From assembly GCA_000934665.2 (NCBI GenBank), contig KZ538505.1, positions 1-64,000 on the forward strand: a stretch of 64,000 bases of DNA. The letters run 5' to 3'. How positions within the stretch are numbered: position 1 is the first letter of the stretch; each line of letters begins with the position of its first letter. Below the pieces are notes generated by a model. The model saw only the letters and a program-made list of their open reading frames with translations, made no database searches and was not told the origin of the DNA. Positions 44,301 to 57,600 of this stretch are shown piece after piece. A program made the position numbers and the translations under genes. The stretch is from Catajapyx aquilonaris (Eukaryota).

Positions 44301-47300
44301 CCTTTGTGTGCTCCCTCATCAGGGACCATTTCTCAGATTGTTTGCACATCGGCAGAGATTTGGTCAGACTCATGCAGAATGTGGCCAGGATACCTGAGAT
44401 TGATGCCCTCTGGCGAGACATACTCTTCAATCCAAAGTCACTTGCACCACATTTTAATGGTTGGTAGCTGGTTTGTAGCTTTTCAGTTGTGATATCCTTA
44501 CATATCAAGTGTGGAGAGTTTTAGAGCTTTTTTCTCTCAATATAGTGCCTCACCTGCAAGTCATGTTGTTGTGTGCCATTATAACTGCCCATCCTGCACC
44601 ATTTATCAAAATGGCAGTTGCTGATTAGGAATGGGATTTGACTTTTTCAAAAAGTGTCCCCTGTTGACTTGTAGTGCCAGATGTTGGAAATAGGATAGCA
44701 TATGGAAATGAGGTGTCAGCATACTAGGCTTTACCTTCACCACAAAAAAGCCACTACTCCTATGCCTATGACCTGTGGCCTCTTGGGAATTTGTGCCATT
44801 GTTTACTGGTTCCTGCAATGTAAATCAAATAGTTTCAGTAGAATGAAGCTACTTGTTGATAATTATGCTTTCCTCATCGAAAATTTTATTTACAGTCAAC
44901 TCCAGACATAAGCGACTTCAAGGGAATGAGGAAATCAATATTCTATAACCAAGATTTCTTATATCTAAATACACAGGTCACTTATAATGGAAGTATGCTG
45001 GGATAGGACCAGCCTTTCAAGTTGGCTATAACCGAGACTGCTTATAGCCGAGGCTCCTATACCTGGAGTCGACTGTAATTAAAGGAGTTTACAAAATACA
45101 CATGTAATTTTGGTTGGACGAAAATTCTGGAAATTCCAAAGTGCCTTGATTTGTCTTACAAAGGGGAACCAAGAAAAGACTGTGGATTAGGTGCGTTTTT
45201 CCCACTTTTCAGCCCCACTCCCCACCTCTGTAGTCCCTATGATTACCATGAAGATAAGGAGAGGAGCCAGGCGGGGATTTTTTTTTTTTCAACATGGATG
45301 TGGGGTATTCCGGGTTACTTTTGTGTCTGGCAACTCTACTTCTAACTCCTAGAAAACCCATGCAGTCTTCCTGGACCGCCTGTATGAGGTTGTCTTATCT
45401 GGATTTTACTGAATCCCAACTTGGCATTTTGGGCGGCATTTGTGCAGTTTCCTTATGAAGTATGTGACGGAAGTTTGGACAGAAGCTTTGGACTTATTGG
45501 GTGACAGTTTACGGATTACATTAAGTTGTAATATTTCTTTGCAGGTTCCCTTCAACTTCTTCAAACAAGAACTTCACGCAAGTTTCTCCAGTCTCGTCTG
45601 ACCCCAGATATGGAGAAGAAGATTGTGTTTATTACTGGCAATGTTCGCTTTGGCATGCAGAAGCGGTACCAGGAGTGGTTCCAGCGGCAATATCTGGCAA
45701 CACCTGAATCACAGACCCTTCGCTGTGACCTCATACGCTTCATAGTGGGTGTTATCCACCCAACCAATGAGCTACTGTGCTCAGACATCATCCCTCGATG
45801 GGCTATTATTGGTTGGCTCCTCACTACCTGCACCTCAACTGTTGCAGCTGCCAATGCTAAGCTTGCCCTCTTCTATGACTGGCTCTTCTTTGATCCAGAG
45901 AAAGACAACATCATGAACATCGAGCCTGCAATCCTTGTTATGCACCACTCTCTCAGGCCACATCCAGCCATCACTGCTACGCTGCTTGACTTTCTCTGCA
46001 GGGTTAGAGTCTTATGTTATTAATTTATTTGTAAGTTTTTCTTCGCTTGAAACAATAGAAAGCAGATTACATGGTGTTGACAATTATTATACAGCACATG
46101 GAATATTTGCAACAAATTTAACCTTGTCATAACCACATCAATGTCACCAATTGGTGACATTGATTTTTAATTCACTTTTGGGCAACATTGAATGATTTCA
46201 ATTCAAGCATGGTAGATTTTTGGAATGATTGGGTGGGAGAGTCTGCAAGTGTCATTTCTTTATGAATGGCTTGTGACCCACTTCTAATTTTAATAGATCA
46301 TACCCAACTTTCACCCATCACTGGTTGAGCAAGTTCGTCAGGGGATATTTACTTCCCTGCGCCAGATTCGTGAAAAGCGAGTTCTAGCTTCGTTATCTCC
46401 ACTTTTGGACAATCCTAAGTTGGACAAGGAACTTCGGCTTTTAGTTCGAGACTCCTTTGGGGAATTCTGCTCCTCATCTCCACCTGGTGAGGGCAAAGTG
46501 GAAGACAGCATGGCTGCCTCCTCAGGATCTGGAGCAGTAGAGGATGACATTCTTCACGCTGATGGTAGCAATCACCACCCAATTCCAAATCATGTGGACC
46601 AAGAGCCAACTTTTAGTGATGATGATGATGATGAGGATGATGTTCCCCTTGGTATGTGTGTCTGCCTTACTTGTTGTTTTTTTTGTCAATGGGGCATCAC
46701 ATTCATCAGTTGCCCTTTTATTTCCTGTACACTATAAGAAATAGTTGCCATGTTGGATATACAGTAAAACTTCTATAAGTCGAATCTCCACAGGACCGGG
46801 AAAAAACTTCGAGTTATAGAAGATTCGAGTTAGAGAAGTTTGGATTTTTTTAAGCACAGAACTCTATAAGGAAGCAGCCTACCTTTATATCCAGCGACCA
46901 AAGGCTGGTGTTCAAAACTTCTAAATAATGAGGAACATTGTAGTGTGACAGTGACAGTTTTGTTGTAAAAAACTCCGTTATGGACATTTGTCTGCTCTTA
47001 AATCGGCTCTCACTCTTAATAAAGGATTCAATTGTCACAATCGAGTCGAACACTTCTTTTGGTCATTACTGGTAGACGGAGATCAGGAAATTGAGTATTT
47101 CTGTACGTGTGACCTACTCTCGACCCTTCGACTGGGAAATGGGAAAATATTTTCTGTACTTGCCAACATGAACTTCGACTTACTAGGGAGACTGAAAATG
47201 CATTGATATCCCATCGTAAGGCCCTGCCTGCACTTCGAGTTATGGAGAACTTCGAGTTATAGAAATTCGAGTTAGGGAAGTTTATTTCCTATTATTTTAC

Positions 47301-49307
47301 ATTGTGGCCAACCAAGGTCATAATTTTCTTCGACTTAGGGAAGTTCGACTTATGGAAGTTTTACGGTATTAAGGAAAGGATTAATACTTGCTCAACACCA
47401 GTGCCATTTGGCCACCCCAAAAAAATGTAGTGGTGGGGTAATAAACAAAATGTGATAAAAAATCACCGTTAAGATTATCTGGACTTTAGAATAGCTCATT
47501 ATGAAGTGTAACAATGTAGTTAGGCAGATACTAGGCCTACAGTTGAAATTGATTTGACAGTTGAAGAGGCGTTTACATGTGAGCGATTTGACGACCGATG
47601 TCATCGCCGAGGGGTAACATCATTGAGTAACCCAAGTAACCAGTATTGTTTGAGGTGAAAATCTATTGTTATTTTCACCTCAAACGATATCGGTTACTTC
47701 ACTCGTCAAATCGCTCACATGTAAATGCACCTTACCAACCGACATAAATATGATGAGACTTGGACAGTGAATTTCCCTGGGGTCTGGTAAAAATTGCTGC
47801 CACTACATTTATATGATACTTAGCAGGACATTAATTTTAATAATGAACATGAGAGCCACACAAACTGGAAGACAGCATTACAACTAATTACAAAAAATCT
47901 ACCAAGGAATTTAAAAATGCAATGGCTCGCTGACTTTTTCTGAAATTGCTACACTTTGGTGTACAACATTTAATGGTGTTATTTATGAATTTAAAAAATG
48001 TGATGTCATGGTTTATTTAGACCTCAGTCCAATGTGCTACGATAAAAAATTTCAATTGAATTAATGTGAAATGGCTTTTAAAATCCCTGCATTCAAAAAT
48101 GCACAGAAAGTTCGACATCTGCAAGCCGTGATAAACATTTTAAAATTCCGTGGTGGATTTTTTGTAATTAATTTTTATGCTGTTTTCAAGTTTGTGTGGC
48201 CCCCCAGGTTCATTATTAAATTTAATGTCCTCCTAAGTAACATATAAATGTAGTGGTAGCAATTTTTACCAGACCCCACGGTAATTCACTGTCCAAGTGT
48301 AATCATATTTATGTCAGTTGTTGACTGTCAAATCAATTTCAACTTTGGTGTCAGCCTAACTACATTGTTATGCTTCATAATTATCTATTACTAGCAGGTT
48401 ACCCGGCGTTGCCCGGGTATGTTGGGATGCTGTTAAAGGTACGGGTATATTTTAGGAAGTTTGTTTGTTTGTCAAATTTGCGTTCCGTACACTGGAACTC
48501 GTTACACCTTAAAATAAGGCCAAGTTACAATAAGCCAAAGTTCGTCACTATCTGTGATAGATTGCCTGCTTTGGTTATAGCGTATAGTCAATGTAGACAT
48601 TCTGAATGGATGTGTAAAAAGAGGAATTGGGATGGAGTTGTCCCAGGAAAAGACTGCACAGCCATGTTTTTTTCCCCAGAATATTTGACCCTATGACCCC
48701 TCAACCCCACCTCACACCCCCACCTCGTTCCAACTGTTTGCCCTGAAGAACTTGAGAAATGTACATACAGATGCCTGGTGGGAAATTTTGTTTTCAACAC
48801 TGCGTAATTTAAAAGAAAAAATCATTTTTTTGTATTAATTTGTGTCGGGAAGTCTAATTTCAAATCTACAAAATCCCAGAATGACCATACCATATGAACT
48901 CACGTGAGGGGGCCAATTAGCGTAATTGGCGGATGAGTTGAATAATTTACGGCGATGGGACTTGTAAAAAAAAAAAGATGCGCAAGATATATAGATGCAA
49001 TGCAAATGCATTACTTTGATAGGTATTGTTGCATAAGGGCATTTCCATGGGATTGCGAACTTGGGAAAAGATAAATTGTTGTTGTTGCTATAGAAGTTGA
49101 TGTAATTATGTTAAGTAGGGAGAAGATTCGGGAATATGCGTGTTGTGGGAGTTAGGTTCATTTTTGGAAGCTGAAANNNNNNNNNNNNNNNNNNNNNNNN
49201 NNNNNNNNNNNNNNNNNNNNNNNNNNNNNNNNNNNNNNNNNNNNNNNNNNNNNNNNNNNNNNNNNNNNNNNNNNNNNNNNNNNNNNNNNNNNNNNNNNNN
49301 NNNNNNN

Positions 49308-49339
<32 letters not shown>

Positions 49340-52338
49340 TCCATTTTTTGGGGTTGGGCGGTCGGCACTAGTGTAGGACAAGTACAGTTAAACTTTAATT
49401 CATTGTCACATACTTTGTGTAATTTGACGTGATTCATGTTTTCCAGCTGTTACTAATGCGATTATATCTGCGTTGTAGTTTACAATATATATACAAAATA
49501 TGCGAAATTTTACTTGTAATTTGAAGGAAGTACAAGTTACCGTATCTACGCGGATATAAGACGCACACGCGTATAAGACGCACCCTGGTTTTGAGGCGAA
49601 AAATCGTGGAAAATCGCTTGTTGACTTATATAAGATGCACCCAGATTTATTGCCGTAGTTTGGGAACTGGCCTCGAGCTGCCGGCAGCAACCTCGTGTGC
49701 AATGCATGTGCAATCCATGTGCGTGTGGAATCCATTAGAATCCAGTAAAAAGGGGGGGGCAAGTGGAAAATGGGACAATGCTATGCATCTGAAAGGTATA
49801 GGTGGCAAGGTCACACCGGAATTGTGCACGTGTGTTGACGATTTCTCACGGGTTTCACCCGTTGTGCCCTGCCGTATAAGACGCACACACGTATAAGACG
49901 CACCCTACTTTTTGAGCTACAAAAATCGGAAAAAAGGTGCGTCTTATATGCGCGTAAATACGGTATGCTCGTATTATGGCTGAATTTCTGTGTGTGATGC
50001 ATGTGTTCGTATGGTTTACATATCTACCGTAATAATTATGTACAATTTCGTTGCATAAAACTATTCTGATATCATCTTCCAGCCAGGGTTCGTCTGAAAA
50101 AGAAAGGTGGTGGAGCAGGAAATGTGTCAGCTCGTAGAAGAAGTTCCCCATCCCCACCTCAGATGGACACTTTAGATCCTGAGCTAAGACGCTTAGTTCA
50201 CCAGCTTCGTGGAGAGAACGATGATGAACGCCGTTGTGACCTGACTGAAAAACTAGTCCAGGCTGTGATCCAGGATGGCCTGGACTCAGAGTCTGCTGCA
50301 GCCCTGGCCACTTGCTTGGAGCCTCTCATAGCAGACCACTTCCTGACTCCACTGATGCCCCAACAACAGAAGGGCGGAGAAGAGGAGGAGATGGATCAGG
50401 AGGCATTGGAAGACAGTGTTGGACGACCTGTGTTTGTGTTGGTGCGGAATTTGACTCAGATGGAGCAGGATGACCTGGGTCGCTCACACTTGTTAACCTT
50501 GTTGGTAGAGCTGCAGAGTAGAGATCCACGACTAGCACATCATCTGCTCTTCTTCCTCAAGGTGAGCAGGGTTTAGTCAATGTCATGCTGTTATACAATG
50601 AACAGGTTGTGAATTGCAAGGTTCAGCCAAATGATACCAATGATACTCATTATGATTAATCCCAGGAACAAAAAGTACTACATAATGTGCCTTGTCACAG
50701 AGTATTTTATAATTTTTCTCTCTTATTAGGCATCAAAATTGGCCAATGGTCGCACATATGTATACGAGGAATTCTGCCAGGCACGAGGCTGTGGGTCACT
50801 TGACGAGTGCCTGGTGACTGACCTTCGGTGCTGTCAGGAGGAGGATGTTGCCCTTTTCTGCTGGCTTGTAGCCGAGGCATATTCATGGTTCCCATCTTCA
50901 GCAGTGGGCAACTCAGAGCTCCTCCATCTTGTTGTGTCAGTAATTGATGCTGCCCAACTGCAAGAGCTTGTTTGCCGGGTCCTGCAGGGTTGGCTTGTCA
51001 TGTTCAGGAAAGACTCCTTTCTCAATGTACTGACAGCCAGCCTTGATTGGGAAACTTGGGAGCAGAACTGTTTGTGGCAATTGGTCTCCGCACACAACAT
51101 ACCAGTTGACTACATTCTCCCTTTCCTTCCAAAGTTACGGTTTGGTCCTCACGCTGAGGCATTAACAGCCATCTTGTTACGGTTAAGGCAAGAGAAGCCA
51201 ACTCTTGAATTGTTGAGGCCATTGCTAGCGAGGCCAATAAGACCTAAAGATCAGTTTGTGGTGTCATCGCTTCGGTTCTGGTCACTGGAACATGAGGAGG
51301 AGTTGGCTGATGCAGTGGGAACAGCACTTGGATCAGCAGCCCTTGCACTGGGAGGTGGACTAGGGACAACAGGAAAGAGGAAAAGGACAGGTGCAGGGGC
51401 TAAAGGTGGGAGTGGGAGTGTGATGGGTGTGGGGACCCTTGGTGGAGGAGCGAGTGTGGATCAGGTTTTAGCGCACCTGGACAGACTCAGACAAGCATGC
51501 AAGCAGACGGGGTTCTTCCAGAGGGATCCCATACAGGCTGCCCTGCAGCAGGTAAGAATTGTCTCTGTTGTGTCTTAAGAGGTAAGCCTGCTGATTGGAA
51601 ATATTCTGGATGTGGATTTCACTTATAAAGCCTGTCAAAGTGAATGCAGGTTGACAATCTCTTATCTGAAACTCCGAAAACAAAAGTTTTTCAATAGAGA
51701 TTATCTGAGCTTTTTTAGCCATCTTTTGGTGCCAGGCATGTCCTGGCCCACAATGCTGAAGCAATTAATGTTCCCTCATTTTCATGATCCAAAATGTAGG
51801 GTATTGTGGTTTTACTGCATGTGGTATATGTACAAGTATTTAAGGGTATGACCTATTCCTGGAATGTACAAGGGCATATGATTTGTACAAACTGTGTTAC
51901 CATTCTGAAGTCCCAAAAGGTCAGAACTCTGCAAAGTGTCCGGTACCAAGGGTTTCATGTAAGAATATTGTCAACTTGTAGTTTTTCCAAGTTTCCCCAC
52001 CAATTTTCTCTCCTCCACAGGCACGAGCTGCAATCCCTGAGTCAACCAAGAAACGTTTCAGCGATCTATTTGCTCTTGCTGAGATTGAGGAAATTGACAC
52101 CCCACCACCATCAAGGAGCTCTAAAGGTCGCCAGAGGAAGGCTGCCATGGCATCCACCACTTCCACAACCACCACATCCACCTCAACTAAGGGAAAGAGC
52201 AGCAGGGTAGGACCCACTGCCAGCAACTGGGAGCCCTCAGACTCTGACTTTGACTCCAGTGAAGAAGAAGAAGTGGTCAAGCCAAGGTTGCCCAAGAAAA
52301 GGAAAAAAGCCAACCCAGTCAATTCAGATTCAGATTGA
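41328..52338 (+). CDS. INTS3: Integrator complex subunit 3 (SOSS-A)
   Basis: Exons 41328-41396, 42879-43046, 43922-44459, 45545-46002 ([35 protein letters not shown]), 46297-46651, 50083-50561, 50730-51551 (SLDWETWEQ), 52021-52338 ([14 protein letters not shown]). Confidence 0.95.
43330..43632. mobile_element. pogo/Tigger-like MITE
   Basis: TA|CAGTAGAACCCC...AGGGTTCTACTC|TA. Confidence 0.7.
44893..45075. mobile_element. pogo/Tigger-like MITE
   Basis: TA|CAGTCAACTCCAG...CTGGAGTCGACTG|TA. Confidence 0.75.
46762..47366 (-). mobile_element. pogo/Tigger deletion derivative retaining transposase C-terminus
   Basis: TA|CAGTAAAACTTCTATAAGTCGAA...TTCGACTTATGGAAGTTTTACGG|TA; subterminal TTCGAGTTA repeats; minus-strand RQMSITEFF. 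Confidence 0.85.
47495..48385. mobile_element. Diverged long inverted-repeat (foldback) element
   Basis: Arms ~47495-47900 (interrupted by the MITE at 47565-47732) and ~48155-48385 are reverse complements with scattered mismatches. Confidence 0.7.
47565..47732. mobile_element. Harbinger-type MITE, copy 2 (nested)
   Basis: GCGTTTACATGTGAGCGATTTGACGA / TCGTCAAATCGCTCACATGTAAATGC. Confidence 0.8.
48391..48995 (-). mobile_element. Non-autonomous Helitron
   Basis: Minus strand reads A|TCTATATATC...CCCGGGCAACGCCGGG (hairpin)...CTAG|T: 5' TC, 3' hairpin plus CTAG, AT target. The 5' end is less certain than the 3' end. Confidence 0.7.
49177..49307. other. Assembly gap (N run)
   Basis: N run next to a poly-C tract. 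Smaller gaps at 3779 and 61682-61691. Confidence 1.
49540..49963. mobile_element. pogo-type MITE
   Basis: TA|CCGTATCTACGCGGATATAAGACG...CGTCTTATATGCGCGTAAATACGG|TA; repeated TATAAGACGCAC. Confidence 0.85.
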
Positions 52339-54044
52339 TGAACAATTTGTATCATGTGTACATAACGACTTCATACACCCTGCACATGCCATCATAACAT
52401 TTTACCTTGATATGTCAATAATAATAAAATAAGATTTAAGGTATCATGGAACAAATTTAATGATTTTAAAACAAGGGAATGGAGTCATGTTATTGCTCCT
52501 CGCCAAACACGGAATCAGACATCTTTTTGTGGACGAGACGTGACTTGGATCCGCTACCCAGACCCTGAAATACGAAGGCCCATGATTAGTCACTGGTAAG
52601 TAATGAGTGCACATATATTCTAACGGATTGCTTGAAGTAGTCCCAATCCATCATGCTGATCCCATTCCCCAACACAGGGGCAACTTTGGTGTCAAGGTCT
52701 CAGACACAGTTGTCATGTCACTCAAGGTAGCTGGGAAATTATATGCACGATATGACAACTCCATATTTTGCAAGGGAAGAATTTGGAATGGAGAAAGACA
52801 AGGTGGTGGGTCTGGCTGCCCCCATGCGATTGGTTCAAGTTTACAAGGCCTGGACAAAAAATCATGAACATGTATCAGTAGCATAACGTCGAGTAATTGT
52901 TTCGCAGCTAGTCGGCCTTTGCATCCCTTTCTTCCTTTTCTTCATAAAACATCCATCCCAACTGATTAATTTCTTCCACCTGGATGTGAGTTCGAAAATC
53001 CCTATGCAGCACGACTCCAAGGGTTGAAATATTTGCATGAAAAGGTGCACCTTGCACTCCAAACTGAGCCTTGAAGTGCTAAGTTTGTACTCAAATTGGT
53101 AGTGCTTTATTACATGGCTAAACCGAGTAATTTAAAAATAAATAATTCCAAGTATGAAATTTGCACTCCAAATTAAGGTCTTGGAGTGCAAACTTGGTAC
53201 CTGGACAAAAAATTTAAGATTCAACCCTTGCAACTGTATTTCAATGGCTTGAACATTGATATATGGCTTTCTCATAGGAACAATTTAAAGAAAAAATATG
53301 AAGGTCTATTTATTCCCGAATCCAAAAAAATAAAGCATGAGTGTATCAAACAAGGAAGCCCACTATGATGTCAATGTTTATGAACTACTGGAATGAAGTA
53401 CTCCTACAAAAGCATTTACAAATCCCTGCAAGAGTGTCAAAATTTATATCAATTGGGGCAGCATGTAAAAATGAAGAAAGAATGAAGACCTCAGGTTAGG
53501 AATTCGTGACTGTGCAGCAATTCCTTTCGGTGCATGCACAATATCCAGTGTGTTTCATGAGTCACCACATTATTGTGGTTTCACCATGGCGAGATGCACT
53601 TAGGCACCACACAAATTTGGTTCACTCATTCGGGCACACTCTCTGAAATGCCCCGTGCCTCCACCCCGACTACCACCATTTTGTCACTTAGGAAAGATCT
53701 TCCATTTGATCCTGTCACCTCACATTCAATTTTATATTGACAGTGAGTTTACATTGTGGGAAAGACCACTTAAATAAAAAATTTTCAACAGTGTGACTCC
53801 CTTCTAAACATGAAGGTGAGGTTGCTGGGGGGGTTAGCATCAATGCAATTTTTACTGATAGTCTGATACACATGTGAGTTAACATCCAAAACACAAGTTG
53901 TAATTTGCATCTGCATTGTCAGAAATGCTGCAAATGAACAGTAGTCAGATTCATCAGGTACCAAAAATGCAATGGTTTCAATATTACTCAAAAAGCAACA
54001 GTTCTGAGAAATGGTCCTATAATAATAATTATTCAGATCTGGTC

Positions 54045-54424
54045 AGTGTGTTTTGGTCCTTCTCCAGGAAGTTGGGGAGGGGGCGTGGCCTCTACCCGAG
54101 CGTTTTTGGTGCCTCTCCAGAAAGTTGGAGAGGGGGGAAAAGGGGGGGTGAAATGGGCGGAGCTCTCCACAAATTCCCAAAAAGTGTCTTCTCTCCTCGG
54201 AGGTGGAAGAGACTCTCAGGAGAGGGGGATGGCCTTCCATCTTGGCCAGGGTCCTCGCCTTGCTCTCTTCTCAACTGTTTTGAGTGTTTTCTCCCCTAGC
54301 TACACCATTCCGCCCGTTTTTGGGTTTAATAGTGGAGAGGGGAGATGTGGGGGATATTCCGGAAGCCCCGCCCTCTTCCACCTCTCCTCTCCATCTTCCT
54401 GGAGAGGGACCAAAAACACCCCCT
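54045..54424. mobile_element. GC-rich inverted-repeat MITE
   Basis: GTGTTTTGGTCCTTCTCCAGGAAG / CTTCCTGGAGAGGGACCAAAAACAC, with internal GGAGAGG/CCTCTCC repeats. Confidence 0.65.
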
Positions 54425-54641
54425 AGTAGTCAGCTGTAGTAGCCAAGTCCCTGGTGGACGATTCTGCCCTTAGCATCGATATTATAAGACCGTGGATTCT
54501 ACTTATGATCCCCCCGATGCTACTAATGCCAGAATCATGCCAGGGACTCGGTTACTTCAGCAGCACCAGGTTGCCAACCCCACTCCCTACAGGTGGAAGA
54601 ATGTGGTGCACAGCAGTGTCCATAAGGCTGGGGTAGGAGTG

Positions 54642-57600
54642 TCAGGGGGCTGGTCCAAGAAGTACCCAGGCATGCAAGTGATAAGTGTTTTTCCTTACCA
54701 TACTTGTAGGCAAAATTCCAGCAGAAACAGCATATCCCCATGTAGCCACCACAGCAATGAGGACGGCCAGAAATCGATTCATAAATCTGCTTGAAGACTC
54801 GCCATCCTCGGAGTCCTTCCTGGAAGTTAGTCTTTGGAAAACTCCAGGATGAATTGCAGCATCTGTCAAATGAGTAAGCCAGTTTAATATAAAGGCTGTA
54901 TGTTTATATAGACTCCGTAACACTGACTGTGAGTGACATTTTATAGTATTTACAGTACTACACTGTACTCATGATAATCCAGGTGAGGATTATTATCCAT
55001 CCAATGCATAAACAATAGAAATAAAAGAATGGCAATATGTCTCGCAAACAATGAAATACACCAGATTTTTTTTACAGAAGACAAACTGAAAATATATGGT
55101 AAGGTTTATTATTTTGATTACACCTTATTTGAAGCACCATGCAGTGTGTGCAGCAGTTCATTTTAAACCTCTGAATATCTCATTGTTACAGTATCTAGGA
55201 CCATTTTTGGATTATCCATATTTTCAGATTTTCCAGGCACACTTGTGCATTCATTAGCACAGATAACAGTATCCTTCAAAATAACACTTTTTTTCTATTT
55301 TCTTAAGATTTGAATAGTGATTCCTATTTGTACTTTCTGCACTGAATCCGAATATTGCTGTGAGGCTGTGATTGCTGTGAGGCACAGTTTTTGAGATATA
55401 GCGTTTTAAAGTTTGGACCGGTTTATTAGGGGTCTTTCCGAATCAAGTGGGCCTAAATGTTCCTAGACCGCCTCAGATCTTGGTGAAAATAATCACAGAT
55501 ATACTCAACTATTCCTTAATGCTGCTTATAAAGGTTCAGCCATATTGCGATATACCATGATGAGGAAAAAAATCGCAAAAATATGGAAATGGACGAAAAT
55601 GAGGCCTTTTTTGGAGATTTTTTTTTTTGTTAGTGGAAGTGGTCAAAAGCCAATGAAATATTATACAGGGTGTTTCAGAGTCACGGGTCAAGCACGCACG
55701 AGGGGGTGGGGAAAAATCATAGGTGGCGACAACCCCGGTCGGTTTTATAAAACAATTAGAAATAAGGCAATAATCAATTTATTTATTATGCCCGTACGGC
55801 GTGACATCACATCCTTTCTGTTCGAATTGACTGGCATGGACTGGCAGACGTGCAGTGGGTTGAACCTGGTTGAACGGCATTTTAGTCTTGCGGGTTACAC
55901 TGAAAAAGGCCATTCTATACCGGCACGGTATTGTACACACTACAGTAGTACACTACTTTGTACAGTGCTGTATCCTACAGGTATAGTATGAGAGCACCTT
56001 TTTCAGTGCAACCCGCAAGGCTAAAATCCTGTTCAACCAGGTTCGACCCACTGCACTAGCCAGTCCGCGCCAGTCAATTCGAACAGAAAGGATGACAGCC
56101 GTAATAAATAAATTGATTACTCCAGTATTTCTACTTGTTTTATAAAATCGACCGGGTTGTCGCCACCTACGCTTTTTCCCCACCCCCTTGCACACACTTG
56201 ATCCGTGACTCTGAATCACCCTGTATAAGTTCATTGGGCATTAAGGAATAGTTGAGTACATCTGTGATTATTTTCACCAAGATCTAGCAACATTTAGGCC
56301 CACTTGATTCGGAAATACCCTTAGTAAACCGGTCCAAACTTTAAAACACTATATCTCAAAAACTGTGCCTGACAGCATAGTTCTAATTACAGATTTGGAA
56401 TCAGCGGCGAAAATACTTATTAAAACCCATATCATAACCTGAGAAAATTTACCCTTGTCGAATGTAATCAGGAGTACAGTGTATGGTGGAAAGAAGTAAG
56501 GCTCCTTAAAACAATCCAGAAGTGTATGCCAAAAGCTGCTCAGATATCTGACTGACTGGTCTGTTCGCACACAATTTTCTTGAAACCAGTCTCAATTGAT
56601 GGGGGAAATTAATGAAAGAAATATTGCATTCACCAATCATGGTATCCAGCACCCATACCTAGAGCAGATGATGGAAAATGCCTTTTCAGCATGAGTCTTG
56701 AAAACTCAGCCAGATTGGTGCACGCTCGTGCATAGTTGCTAAGTGCTGCAGAGGGCCAGGGTGCCCTGAGAAGAGGAGCAAGAAGTCCCACTATGTAAGC
56801 ATCCAGTGAAGTAGCTCCATAAGTGGAAAAGTGGGAGCGAGAATCTAGTTTCCAGGAGAGAAGAGTGAGGCACTTCTCTGCCTGATGTAGGGCCAACGTC
56901 TCCTGCTCGGATGGTGACACAGTATTTGGGTAGAGGCCCTCCATTAGTGCTTGGGTCTGCCTCTGGTAACTACCTGGATAGTAGTAGTTGCAGGGAAAGG
57001 GAAGTGCTTTGGCATACCAGGGTCGAATGAGTTCTGTGTAGTTGCGTTCATCTAACCATCTAAAAGTGGGAAAACAAAAAAATTACATATCCATCATCAT
57101 CAACAACAACAATAATATAATGTTATGGAAGGAAAAGGAGACGGAGTGGCGCCGCGGTAACGTGCGCGCCCACGGATGTTAAGGTCCCGGGTTCGATCCC
57201 CGCCCGGGGACACCCCCTTCATCTCGTGCAGAGTTCTGGGGTCGTCTCTGGCTTCGTCTCGGGTGGTATATCCACAGACTAAACCACCCGGGGGAGTTCA
57301 CAAAAACGACCAAGCACCGTTACCGCACTGCACTTGCACATCCCCTCCTGTCATCCTGCCCGTGGGCCCGGGCTTTCATTAAATAGGCACCATGTACTTA
57401 ACATCTCAAAATACAATAAAGGTCCATGCTATATACCCCGGTAGGGGTGAAAGCATTACCCACAAATTATTATTATTATTATTATTATATATTATGGAAG
57501 GAAAACAGTGCTAATGAGAATGAGGCAATAACTTCTAAAATATTACCGTAAATATAGCATTGCTGGCCATAACTTCTCTTCAAGAAGGTTAATGTAGGCT

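Noticed and set aside
46780..47360. Regularly recurring TTCGAGTTA repeats as a CRISPR-like array
   Set aside because: Subterminal repeats of a pogo MITE in a eukaryotic intron; no constant repeat-spacer periodicity and no cas genes.
53018..53230. CAAGGGTTGAA...TTCAACCCTTG inverted pair as a hAT element
   Set aside because: No matching 8-bp TSD; too degenerate to call.
57137..57215. tRNA gene candidates (also 10997-11075 and 17205-17281)
   Set aside because: They have A/B boxes but I could not fold a complete cloverleaf; each has a long body, an AT-rich tail and a TSD, so they are SINE heads.
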